64,000 nucleotides of DNA from Amoeboaphelidium occidentale. Its lineage: Eukaryota. The stretch lies in assembly GCA_023515795.1 (NCBI GenBank), contig JALGPX010000008.1, positions 1-64,000 of the forward strand, written 5' to 3'. Each line of letters begins with the position of its first letter. The first letter of the stretch is position 1. The notes beneath the pieces are model-generated. The model saw only the letters and a program-made list of their open reading frames with translations. It ran no database searches and was not told the DNA's origin. The position numbers and the translations under genes are program-made. This document shows, in pieces, positions 1-11,732 of the stretch.

Positions 1-242
1 ATGGTTGTTTCAGTGCGGCATTATCAAAAGAATTATTGCCGAAACCTTAGACTATCTAAAAAAAAAAAAAAAAAAAAGTATTTCAAATAATCTCGTGTTC
101 CTTCTAAAATATCTTCTATTCATTTATCACATGTTCTGTAGACCAAGAACAAGGAAAGCGCCGAGATCTGCATGGCAAGCATTATGATCGACAACTCTAC
201 CGAAGATTCTCAGGGGAGTGGGACTAAATTTTCCTGGAGAGC

Positions 243-981
243 ATGATCATATTACTAGTCCTGCTGGTTGCTGGTGCATTGGCCCAACAGCTGAGATTTT
301 CTCCGTCATTGCGACAGGGTAAGGAACCAAGACTCCCAAACACTTACACATGCGATCATATATCGCGATTCCAGGCACCGTGGGGTTTTGGTGAAGATAT
401 TGATTCTAGTGGCCTGTTCCACTACAATTGGACCAGCAGAATGGTGTATTGACTCACGCTGATTGTCCTTACTCGATTCCGAAACTAAGTTGGACACCAA
501 GAACTACTTGCACTATCGTATTTCGCGGAAGACATTTCTACGTGATCTATGACACTCCTGTTTCGAAATTGAAGTTCTGTTGTCATATTGCTAATGAATT
601 CGGAATGACTTCTCCAAACATCTTGAATCAGGTACCGTTCGACAAGTTCAACAGGTTCCGTTTGTTAATGAAGTATACAACATTACCGTTTATGATTTCA
701 AAGTTAAACACGGCGAAGCTGATGTATCTATTAAGATTCACGATAACAAGTTGGTGCACTTCATTGGTACCATGCCAACAACAGCATTCTTCAAGAAGAT
801 CGTGTTAAATGGAGAGCAGATCTTCTATAATTACCGCAAACTAGAAGAACATTGGACTCACTCGTTCAATTTCAATTTATGCCTCCACTGCCCTGGTTTT
901 GGGTCACCTCCGGAAGATGTGCAAAGAATAGCTCCTCATTACATTTTTGACTCTGATGAGAATGCCCAAGTCAGAAGATAA
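243..981 (+). CDS. Secreted Cys-containing protein, possibly ependymin/LolA-like fold; reading frame changes twice (introns or frameshifts)
   Basis: Signal peptide MIILLVLLVAGALA. Three consecutive ORFs read as one protein. A putative 23-nt intron at 632-654 joins frames 2 and 3. The first junction is either a 1-nt frameshift near 430 or a 44-nt intron at 446-489. Confidence 0.55.
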
Positions 982-1065
982 ATCAATTTCGGGAATTTCG
1001 ATGTTCATGGTGTACCTTTCAAGTTTGCTTTAAAGATATTTCTGGTATTTATCATGCTGCATTTA

Positions 1066-3643
1066 TTATTCCGATTTAGTAAGAGCTATTTTTAAAATGA
1101 AAACGTCACGGTAGTAAGATTTGTCTGTAAGATCGCTTGAAGGGGATCCCCAATTGGAAGCAATTACTTCAATTTTCAATGTCCCAACATCAAAAACATA
1201 TGGGATACCAAAAAATGAACATTTCTCTGGATTAAAATGCAGCCACGACGGCAAAGGCCTCTTTGAAGGCCAAAGTCGTGCTGTGAACCTCATGCGCTTC
1301 TCGTCCTGTTTCAATGAGTTTGGAGTGTAATCTCGGATCATTTCTGAAAGCGTTGACTGAGAGTACCTGAATGCTTTGTTGTGCGATATTACTGATACAG
1401 GAGATTCAGATGTTGTTTCATTCGCCTTCACGACTTCGCTTTCGAGATCAAGCCCCCGGGAGCCCTTGTTGAATAAACACGCTGATAGTTCTGATGAGCT
1501 ATCATCTAATTCTTCCCTGTCGCTTGACTGTCCAGTTAACCTCTTTTCTGGATACACAAAGTAGAATGCTCGTCCAACTTCGCCAATGACTGTTACATAT
1601 TCGTTTGGATCAACTTCAAGACTTGTGCCTAGACTAGAGCTTCTATCAAACGACATGTAGCTTCGCTCAAGAGGACTTGGCGCATAGCCTCGTAATAAAT
1701 CATCTTCTTGCTCTATCTTTTTAAGTTTCTCTTTTAATTCTTCAAAGGTTGTATATGATTTGGTTCCCTTCTGAAACTCGTTTTTCTTCTTCTTGTGGCA
1801 CTTAAAGAATACAAATATAGAGAGTAAACATAATAACAAGCAGGAAAGAGCGACAATAACAGTCAAAGCTATGATTAATGAATTATCATTGTCAGAATGG
1901 CTATTATCCTCACTTGAAGAACAGTCTATGCATATTTGTAACTGAAAGAATGATCTTGCACCATCTTGGTCTGCAGCGATTATGACTGCAGTGGTATTCA
2001 TCTTTTCACTTGGTGTTCCTTCTAATGTTTTTGATTCTTCGTTCAATGAAAGCCATGCAGCAAAAGGAAAAGTATCAAGAGAATAATTCAATGGTCCTCT
2101 CCTACTACTGAAAAGATCATTTGGAATCGGCCACAAAAAAGGCTCATTTGTTGCAGAGTTAACCAAATTATCAGCCGATCTTCCTCGTACCGTAGGAAGC
2201 CTTCTTTTGTCTACAATTACATCTAAAAAGAAGCAGAACTGTTTCGTTTCCATATCTGTCTGACCATAAAGTGTAATGCATAAAACCAGTCTTTGTGAAG
2301 TTGAATTATTGGGAGTTTGTCCATACAGATAAATCGTTTGATCTATAAAGTCCGTTTGTATCCACGTAGGAAACGAGCCATTTAATGCATCATAAAGATC
2401 AACTTCAGGATCAATAGACTGGTGATAGTAAGATTTAAAGATATCCATAGGAACTTCGTACGAGAAATCCTGACCAGAAGTAGCACGAAGCGCCCTCAAT
2501 CTTCCAACAACTGTCCTATTTAAAGGAGTAACATATATATCCACAGATCTTCCTCCTTCTGCTCTCAACGTAGTCTCATTCAGTTGAACAATAGCAAGAT
2601 CATAAAACACCGTATAGTTCAGTTCGATATATGCCTTGCTCCCAAACTGAAAATAAACAATCCATTCGCCTAAATCTTCTATGTCTGGTGATGCATAGAT
2701 ATTGGAAGTATCATAATCATATTTAAGCCATGTTGTATTACTAATCTTTGAGCGAGGATATGAGTAAACAATGAGAGGTCCATATGTTGCAACCAACCGC
2801 TCAGGAATTTTAACTGTGAAATCTTGACCAGCTGCAACACTATTATTGTATGGCAGTCCAATATCGTTACTGCTAAGAGTACTTGCTAGAGGGAATGCTT
2901 TGATTTCAAACCTTTCAGTTGTCGAAGCCATAAATGCGTCTGAAGCGACAATCATAACTGTATAATTCGCAACTGCGATATCCCTGCCCACAATCGCATT
3001 TGCTTCTGCATCGAAAAAGAGTCCTGCTGGCTCAGAACTGGCAGTAATTGTAATCTCGTTGCCATCAGGATCTTGAAACCAAGCAAATGGTANNNNNNNN
3101 NNNNNNNNNNNTCGCATTTGCTTCTGCATCGTAAAAGAGTCCTGCTGGCTCAGAACTGGCAGTAATTGTAATCTCGTTGCCATCAGGATCTTGAAACCAA
3201 GCAAATGGTAAATACCAAGTATAATTCACGACATTCTGACCAGGTATGTACAATAAATCCGGTACAAATAGATCACCGTATGCAAGAGCAGGCGCATCAT
3301 TACCAACTGGTTCCTGTAGCTTCAGTCTAACAAAGAAATTTGATGTTTCCATTCTCAGACCAACATCTGCATACATTGGCAATCGACGATTAATTACTTC
3401 TCTTTGGGAAGGAGCAACACCTTTTAAATAACCACCAACTAATGATGCTTTTAACCACGGTGGGCTTTTCCATAGTCGCAGCGATTTAGTACCTTTTGTT
3501 TCAATTCCTCGATTTGTAAGAACTTGACAACTGAACGGCTTGTTCATATACACAATACATTCCTTCCGAACCAATGCAGGCGCAACAAGAGCATCACAGT
3601 AGGCAACCGTTAATAGCAGAGCCCAAAAGATCATAATTTTCAT
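1066..3643 (-). CDS. Axl2-like type I membrane protein with dystroglycan-type cadherin (CADG/He_PIG) repeats, ~819 aa after removing the gap duplication
   Basis: Signal peptide; repeated P.WL.(F/Y)...G.P motifs; TM segment LIIALTVIVALSCLLLCLLSIFVFF followed by KKKK. The two ORFs join in frame once the 118-nt duplication at the N-gap is removed. Confidence 0.8.
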
Positions 3644-3724
3644 TTCAAATTGATGGTAGCAAGATCATGTTTTGGTGCATCGTTTTTAGACGCCATAGCT
3701 TGGCATTTTATTATCAAACATCTT

Positions 3725-4399
3725 TTACATGGACGCTAACGCCATCAAATTGAACTGCAACACGCTCGGGTTCTTTCTTGTGAACTCTTTCACAACTTCT
3801 GCTGCATCATTTAACAGTGTATCAGGCGACGAACGACCATGATTAATAGGCCCTTTCTTCCTGCCATCCAACTCGACCAGTCTTCCGTCCTTGTGCACAA
3901 AACATACAAAATGTAGATCAACGTCATCCTCAGCTGCAGGAGCTTCAGTTTGTCCCTCGCTACCACACGATTCGTGACCATTCCTCATTGCAGTGTCCGT
4001 TTCAAGTAGTTTGGCCCTTTCCTGTGGCGACTTCTGTTTAGCCTTAAGAAAGTATTCGGCAAATGCACCGCCATCCTGCAAATTTAGCAAGCCTACATTG
4101 TTTGCGATCGAGTGCAACACTGCAATACTTCCGCATGCATTCTGAATAGTTTGCTTCGTGTAAAATACTTCACCAGGGAATTCTTTGAGTGAACTCTCAG
4201 CATTAACTGTACCTTCTCCTTCTATGACACTAACAGGATATAACAGCAAAACGGCTAAAACTGGTTGCGGAATCATAGCCAACAACTCAGGGTCCAGACC
4301 GTAAACATCCACAAACTCAAAAGGGCCAGACACGCCCCAGGCTTTTATTAAATTGTTTAACACATCGGGATTCGATTCTAAAGGCGTCCAGGCAGTCAT
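3725..4399 (-). CDS. YUH1: Ubiquitin C-terminal hydrolase (UCH-L3/Yuh1 family)
   Basis: WTPLESNPDV, QTIQNACG (catalytic Cys), LHFVCFV and ELDGRK motifs; ATG at 4399. Confidence 0.93.
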   Translation of the reverse strand: MTAWTPLESNPDVLNNLIKAWGVSGPFEFVDVYGLDPELLAMIPQPVLAVLLLYPVSVIEGEGTVNAESSLKEFPGEVFYTKQTIQNACGSIAVLHSIANNVGLLNLQDGGAFAEYFLKAKQKSPQERAKLLETDTAMRNGHESCGSEGQTEAPAAEDDVDLHFVCFVHKDGRLVELDGRKKGPINHGRSSPDTLLNDAAEVVKEFTRKNPSVLQFNLMALASM

Positions 4400-4413
4400 T
4401 TGATTTTCCAGCA

Positions 4414-5929
4414 ATGAAAAGCCTGATCATATTTGGAGGCTCGTCGCATCCGGAACTTATCAATTCCATAACAGACAAATTGGGCGTACCTCCTGGCCGA
4501 GTTATCCTGGGAAACTTCTCCAACAAGGAAACTTCTGTACAGATTCTGGAGTCTGTCAGAGATTTGAATGTTTACATTATCCAAAGTGGTTGCGGTCATG
4601 TTAACGATAATCTATTGGAACTTCTTATTATGATAAATGCCTGTAAGACTGCGAGTGCTGCCAAAGTTACCGCCGTTATTCCCTGCTTTCCTTATGCCCG
4701 ACAACCTGATGCTCCTTACAAACGGGATGGAAGCCCCAGACGAATGCTAAACAGGTCGCTAAATGCCACAGAAAATGGTCACACAGAGTCAGAAATTCAA
4801 CGCACGCCGCAAATTCAAAAGCAGATGGACGCTGAGAAGGAAAGACAAATGAAAAAGCTGGAACAGTTTAAATTAGACGAAGGCCATGCTTCGTTTGAAC
4901 CAGCGCAAGTTTTTAGCGAAGGTTCACCTCAAGCACATGCGCTTTTCAATGTTGGCTCATCACATTCAAGCTCATCTGGTCATACCTCGCCAAAGAGAGA
5001 GCCTCCTTCGATTTACACTATTCCTTTGAGTGAAGGGTCTTCATCGACTGCTGCTGTTACACTGAACACTCTTGGTAAAGTTAGAGCTACTATGATATCA
5101 TCGCCATTGCAGCCTCATGTTACTCCTTTAGGTTTGTCTAAGGATGGTTACAAGCATTGGGTCGCCAGATCAGGAACGCTTGTTGCAAACATGATTGTTG
5201 CTGCAGGTGCTCAACATATAATTACCATGGATTTACACGATCCTCAGTTTCAAGGATTCTTTGAAATTCCTGTTGATAATTTGTATGGCTCCCCGCTTAT
5301 GGTAAAGTATATTAGAGAAAAGATTCCAAACTACAAGTCTGCTGTGATTGTTTCACCTGACGCCGGTGGAGCTAAAAGGTTTCGTATTTCAAAACAATTT
5401 GGCTTATGTTTTTAGAGCGTCAAGTATTGCGCAAAAGTTGCAAATATCATTTGCTATGGTTCACAAGGGAAGGAAGAAAGATCCGTCGCAACCGTTGTCT
5501 CCGCCATTCTTGGAATTCGGACAGGAAAACTTGAACATTCACGAAGGGTCATCTGTGCAAGAAGCTAGTGGAAACCATAATATGATGTTGGTTGGCAATG
5601 TTAGTGGCAAGGAATGTATTCTGATTGATGATATTGCTGATACTTCACATACAATTACAAGAGCTGCTGATTTGCTGCATCAGAACGGCGCCGTTAAAAT
5701 ATACGCAGTCGTAACTCATGGAATACTTAGTGGGGATGCTGCATTGCGCATTAAAGAATCCAAAATTGATGAGCTAATAGTTAGCAACACTGTTCCACAA
5801 GCAGAGCACGAGAAGATTTTGGGAAGAAAATTGAAGGTGTTTGATGTAGCTCCAATATTTGCAGAAGCAATACGAAGAATTCATAATGGCGAAAGCGTGA
5901 GCTATTTGTTTGAGCCTGTAGACATATGA
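4414..5929 (+). CDS. PRS: Ribose-phosphate pyrophosphokinase with two non-homologous insertions (Prs5-like)
   Basis: FSNKETSVQI, PCFPYARQ, TMDLH, VSPDAGGAKR, LIDDIADT and AEAIRRIHNGESVSYLF motifs; intron 5379-5415 (37 nt). Confidence 0.93.
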
Positions 5930-5976
5930 GAACACAAGAAGCTTTCATCACAATAAAAACTTTATACACAAGTAGC

Positions 5977-8431
5977 TTAGAATTCGTCCTCATCATCAGC
6001 ATTTCCGAACCCAGAATTAATTTTCTGATTCTTGTACATAGTTGCAACTTGTTCTGATGTTGTTGCCTCCTCAACAGACTTATCGTCACGTATTCTGATG
6101 AATCTAGGAAATCTCAATGAAATACCCTTATTTGGATCAACTATTCCTACAGCTGCTTGATAAACAGGAGATATGGAGAGATCAGCAGTTTTGACTTCCC
6201 ATACTTGACAAGGCTCAAACCAAACGTCTGGTTTTACGCCTTCTCCGTATGCATAATAAGACTTTGGTGCAGTCATTTCATGTTGTTTGAAGAATGAACC
6301 ATGAGTTGCCAAATCCTCATCAGAGAATCCTGTGCCAATTTTACATATTGCTTGATATTCTTCTCTGTCCTTGTCATAACAAGCCAACAAAAATCCACCA
6401 TAACCACCAGTTCTTTTTCCTTTTCCAATGTATCCTCCAATAACAACCAAATCCAACGAGTCTCCAACACCATCTAAATAATCTTTCTTTAGCTTTAACC
6501 AGTTCCGAGAGCGCTTGGAAGGTTCGTAAGAGGATTCAGCTTCAACAGTTTTAACCATCAAGCCTTCGCAATTTCCATTAACAGCCTCATCCAAGAAAGT
6601 TTGAATATCTTCAATTGTGTTACTGTCCATGTGTTTCGCAGGCTTAAATTTTCCTTCAACAACATTGAAATGTTCTGCAAGAATCTGTCTTCGCTCTTTG
6701 AGTGTGTGTCTAAGCAGAGGTTCGCCATTCAAATACAATAAATCAAATGCAAAAACACAAACTTGCACCTTGATATCACTGGCATTCACATCTTTTCTCT
6801 TTCTTGTACTCAACACTTGAAACGGTAAAATTTCCTTGTTTACAACATCCCATGCCACTGCTTCAGTGTCAAGAACAAAAGATTTAACACCTTCCTTTGG
6901 AATACTTTTCATACACTCAACAATGTCCGGATATTTCTCAGACATGTGCTCCTGGTTTCTGGAGAATATTTTAATTTCGCCATTCTCCAATTTATGAATC
7001 TGAGCACGCTCGCCATCATACTTGTATTCGCACGTGAAGGGAATATTTTCGAATCGATTCAGAACGTCTGAAATGGCCTTTGTAGGATGAGCCAACATGG
7101 GTTTCAATGGAATGCCTATAATCAATATCTAAATAGAAAATCAGTTACCTGGCGTCATTTTACAGTTTTCAAGTATGTTCTGGAATCCATGTTCTAACAG
7201 ATACGGAACTACAATCTCGTAGGTAGGAAGTTCATTATAAACTTGTTTAAGTGTTTCGATAGACTTTTGCAAGTCAGAGCCGTTGCATTCAGAAATAGTT
7301 TCGACGCCTTGATGAAAAGCAAAAGAAGCTTGAGCCAAAGCACTAAGAACAGTTTGCTCAGCTAAACCGATTCTAAGTTTGCCTTCCAGAGCTCTGATCA
7401 AGTATTTGGCTTCAGTATCCTTACATGCAACCAACAAAGTCCTGATCTTATCAACTTTTCTCTGCATTGAACTATTCCCTGATATCGTTGCAATTTCCTT
7501 CAAGACTTTGAATGTCCCACGAACAGTCAAAGGCTTTGGTTTAAACACTTGCATTTGATTCCCTCTGCTGCTCTGGGCCACAGAACCAAGATCACCTTTT
7601 GTTTGTAAATCAGCCTTGATCTTCTGAGTAGTGCGTCCAGTGGATTCAGCGATGGCTTTTATCAACAAAGACTCTCCTACGCCCAATTCGATACCATCCC
7701 AGGTCGGTGCCAGTTTGTTAATACACAAGTAAACAACAGCCAAAAGATCAGAAGGACATTGTTTCATCGTTTTTAGTAAAAATTTACTTGTGGCTTCCAA
7801 TATGATCAGCCTACCAAAAGAAACATTAAGCTCTGCACCTTAACATGGNNNNNNNNNNNNNNNNNNNNNACAACAGCCAAAAGATCAGAAGGACATTGTT
7901 TCATCGTTCTTAGTAAAAATTTACTTGTGGCTTCCAATATGATCAGCCTACCAAAAGAAACATTAAGCTCTGCACCTTAACATGGAAGCGCACCTTTTCG
8001 TAGTAGATTCCACCTCCTCAAATAATTTACACAAATCCGCAAAAGCTAAAGGAGCATCGGTTGGCTTTTGTAATGATGATGTCGTATTGACGTCCACTTT
8101 GGGGGCAGCTTTCGGTGTCTGAGCAACAGCTGCTGCTGCAGGTTTCTTAACGCTCTCCGTAACATTTTTGTTTTCCTTCCGTGGGGACTGTGAGTCATCA
8201 GATTCCGATTCCACAATCCGCTTTCTCTTCATCTCCTCTGTATCCTTTGGTCCAAAGAAACTCCTGCAAGAGAAAAGGCATTAAAGCAAACCGCATTAAA
8301 GTAAAATGTTACGCAATTGATTTCTGTTGAGGATTTTTTTTCATAGTTCTCAATTGAAATGTTTTGAAGAGTTTCTGAGTGTTTGCGCTTTGTGCCGAAA
8401 ATTGAAGTGCTCGCGCTTGGAGCGAGAACAT
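5977..8431 (-). CDS. CDC9: DNA ligase I; upstream ATG at 8431 (mitochondrial presequence-like), second ATG at 8344 (starts the PIP box)
   Basis: [24 protein letters not shown] and SLRFPRF motifs. Introns 8264-8312, 7948-7993 and 7116-7148. The spliced N-terminus reads QQKSIASFF (PIP box). A 137-nt duplication flanks the gap at 7849-7869. Confidence 0.95.
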
Positions 8432-8492
8432 GCCAACGTCACCGCAATAAAACAATCGAGCGCTTTGAGCTTTTATTCGTTCCTTTTCAGTT

Positions 8493-9584
8493 TCAAACAA
8501 TAAATTTAATATCGTGACTTAATACTTTGAATATCCTCTGCGTGCTGTCCTTCACAGTTTTACCAGAATCTTTGGTTCCAACAAGTAAATCTGTCCCAAC
8601 AACTGTAAAGCGCAGTAAATAGTTCGAATGCTTTTGTTTCATGTCTGTATCTGTAACTGGAATAAGATCATAGTGTCCATATGCCCAATTTATCAGCACC
8701 GTTTCATCATTGTCGATTCTAGCGATGCCTTTAATTCTATAATAATCATTCTTGTCCAGAGTTGGCAGAGATAAAAATTCTTGTAGCCTTTCTTTCGATA
8801 TAAAATTATCAGTATCGTTAGCTTTCAGTCGAACTTCGAACGTGTCGACTTCATCTACGTGTGCTCCACTGTCGTTATTCCCTCTAAACAATTGAAAAGA
8901 TTCTGTGTCTCTGCTCTTCTTCAATAGTTCGCCATCTGTACCAAATATTAAATCAATATTGAAGTGCTCTTCTGAATACTTGAGCTTTGGTGTATCAGGA
9001 TTAAGTTCATATAAATGGTCCAGCACATCATCTAGTTCCCTCTCGCTTATCATTTCCCACTTGTTTAATAGAAGTAAGTCTGTGTACTGTGCCTGCATTT
9101 TCGCTGTATAGGATGTGTCTTCATAACCTCGAAAGTTCACGGCATCGACAACGGTTACAATACTATCCAAATAAATGCGTGTACCCTCTTTCTTCATCTC
9201 ATTAATTTGCCATGCAACTTGTGCAGGAAACGCGCTACCAGAAGTTTCTATAATGATACGATCTGGTTGAATATCCCTCAGAATCTCTTCCAAAGCGTAC
9301 TTCATTTGACCAACGAGAATACAGCATAGACAACCATTCAAGATTTCTTTAACTCCAGATATATTTGACTGTTTTGCAAGTTGAGAATCTACATTCATAT
9401 CGCCATATTCATTCTTTAGATATGCGAGCTTGTACCCCTGGGGTAGTTTTGGTATCAAGGACAAAAGCTATATATTCAATTCTGTTAGAGACTAACGCGA
9501 AACCAATAAGCAGCTTACAATTGTAGTTTTTCCTGCTCCAAGGAACCCAGTGAAAACAGTTATAGGGACCAAAGATTGTGACAT
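8493..9584 (-). CDS. ZNG1: COG0523/CobW family G3E GTPase metallochaperone
   Basis: Exon 1 encodes VFTGFLGAGKTT; intron 9468-9518; then NEYGD, GCLCC, IETSG and NKWE motifs plus a CobW_C-like YRIKG motif. Confidence 0.9.
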
Positions 9585-9595
9585 TTATTACAAAT

Positions 9596-10517
9596 TTAAG
9601 GATTCACCAACTGAACAAAACCAGCACGAACCTTCTTCACGAACAAGAAGAAATCTCTGTTGCTGTTTAGCTCAGCCACGTACTCATCAATTTTCGGAAG
9701 CTTTGGTTGGCATTCCGACGCTTAAAACTTTAGCACTCTCTCTTGATATCTATCAAACTTACCTCTATAATCTTGCTCTGAAACATTCAATGTAACGTAA
9801 AACTCTCTCTGTTCAAGCCTGGGATCGATGTACTTGAAAACAAGTTTGCTCTCGCCGACTTTATCAGAGACAAGCCTTAGACCAAGAGAGTCTTCGTATT
9901 TGCGCAACAATGGAGCATGTTTCTTCTCTGTTGCTTCTTGCTCAGCTAGTCGTTGCTCCAGGACTTTACCAAATTAAACAAACTTTATAATGATAACAAA
10001 CCTTTGCGTTTCTGGAAGAGAGTGTCTTGTAAATCATCCAGGCGAGTCTTTAAATCCTGTTGCTTTGTGACTGTTTCATCCTTTTGCTTTGAAGCTTGAT
10101 CCAACAATGTTCTCCATTCCTTTAGTTCCTCTTCCTGTTTCTTGAACACTAAACAGAGCAGGTCAATGGATCTTTTCTTTCTGGCGCTTACAATTCTGCT
10201 TCTGCTTTGTTTGAGCTTCTAAATTTACATATTGCTCCTTCAAATGCTTCAATCTAGCTATTCTCTATTAGAGATCATGATGTTAATGGAATACCAGTCA
10301 ATTCATCAGACTGATTTTGGAATGATCTCTTCTCCTCAGCCAATTGTTCATTTCTTCTTGTTACCCATGTCTCGAACTTGGACAGAAAGGAAGTCATGTC
10401 TTTCTGAACATCCTCAAAATACATGGGATCATTTGGCAAAGTTCCAAGCATCGCCAACGGTGCCAAGCTTTGTCTGCCAGTGTAATTAAAAGTCATGGTG
10501 TTATTAGTCTCAGTCAT
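9596..10517 (-). CDS. SPC25: Kinetochore Ndc80-complex subunit Spc25
   Basis: Coiled coil followed by an RWD-like LGLRL...FKYIDP...EF...CQPKLP...ELN..RDF..FVKKVRAGF tail. Introns 10258-10294, 10149-10191, 9964-10001 and 9721-9762 give one continuous frame. Confidence 0.85.
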
Positions 10518-10598
10518 TTGCTTGGGTTGTTTTGCTGTAGAAAAAGTTTGAGAAAAGTTGAAACAAGTCCTTAAGACGATTAGAAAGTTAAAAGCGAT

Positions 10599-11573
10599 TT
10601 ATTGTATTTCTTCGTTATTAAGAACAATTTCTTCGTCCTTCATAATAGGGCGTGTTGTTCTGAAGCCAATGTACCAGAGATTATCCTTTGGGATGAAGAA
10701 GGCCTCAACGTTTCCAGCATGCTCATAAGCGACTTGCAAAAAGTAAAAGTAGTTCCCCTTGTTTCTTCCATCGATTACCAGTTCAACCGGTTCTCCACTT
10801 TCATCTTTCAGATTTGCTTTGTAACGCCATGTTTTAGTTGGATCCATAGTGTGGTCTGTAATGACACCAGCAAAACTTCCCAAGAATGTGTTCTTTGGTA
10901 AATTAGCTGAAGCAAATAGGGAATAGTCTTGCTTATCAGGATTCCAACCAACAAAGAAACGCGATTCATTTTCTTGTGAGCTTGGCACAGCATCAGCATA
11001 GTTGGACACGACCATATCCAGATGTTCCTTGTTCTCCTGGTATATTGGATCATTCTCAAGTGTGTAGTTGCTAAAATACTGTGAGACGTGAGGATCAATT
11101 TCCATATCATTGCTTGGCAACATGCTGAACATTTGCTTGAAGTCCTTAAAGTGAATTTTTGCAGGAGGCTCAAATACTTCTGGTGGGACTTCTGTTTCAA
11201 CTTCGACTGGAGCTCTCATGATGCGTGCTTCAGCTTCGTGTGCCATTTGCTCTTTTAACTCAGCCAGTTCTCTTCTGATCATGTGCACTTCCTCGTAGAT
11301 AATTTGAAGAGCATCCAAAGTTGTTGCTTCAATCGGAGCAGAGACAGGCTTTGACACAGGCTGATCGTGTGTATGAGTGTGTGGTGCTTTTGATGCAGAC
11401 CTTGAGTTTAGCTTGTAGCCGACTTGACCATAATTGTAAAGACCTATTGATACCAGAGCAACCGCGATGATAGAAACCAAGTTATCGCGCCACAATGATG
11501 GCTTTGATACTTGCGAAACGTTGCTATTTTTCTTTTTCTCTTCAGGAATCGTAGCTAAAGCTGTTGTATTCAT
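10599..11573 (-). CDS. Membrane-anchored protein with coiled coil and degenerate SET domain (paralog A)
   Basis: N-terminal TM segment; SET-like YSLFASANLPKNTFLGSFAG...IDGRNKGNYFYFL...TRPIMKDEEIVL. Confidence 0.7.
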   Translation of the reverse strand: MNTTALATIPEEKKKNSNVSQVSKPSLWRDNLVSIIAVALVSIGLYNYGQVGYKLNSRSASKAPHTHTHDQPVSKPVSAPIEATTLDALQIIYEEVHMIRRELAELKEQMAHEAEARIMRAPVEVETEVPPEVFEPPAKIHFKDFKQMFSMLPSNDMEIDPHVSQYFSNYTLENDPIYQENKEHLDMVVSNYADAVPSSQENESRFFVGWNPDKQDYSLFASANLPKNTFLGSFAGVITDHTMDPTKTWRYKANLKDESGEPVELVIDGRNKGNYFYFLQVAYEHAGNVEAFFIPKDNLWYIGFRTTRPIMKDEEIVLNNEEIQ

Positions 11574-11732
11574 CAATGCTGAAACAAAAATGGAGTATTG
11601 GGCAAAGGTTTATGTATGAATCTGATTCTGAAACAGTGTCAGAAGTTCGTATCACAATCATTGAAAAGGTTTCGGAGCAATTGTCCAATAAGAACATTTT
11701 AAAAAAATATCGCGATAATAACAGAATTTATC

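Noticed and set aside
58..77. A20 homopolymer and ORF 5..187
   Set aside because: The poly-Lys ORF is a by-product of the A run. It may be a minus-strand polypyrimidine tract or a retro-tail, but it cannot be resolved at the window edge.
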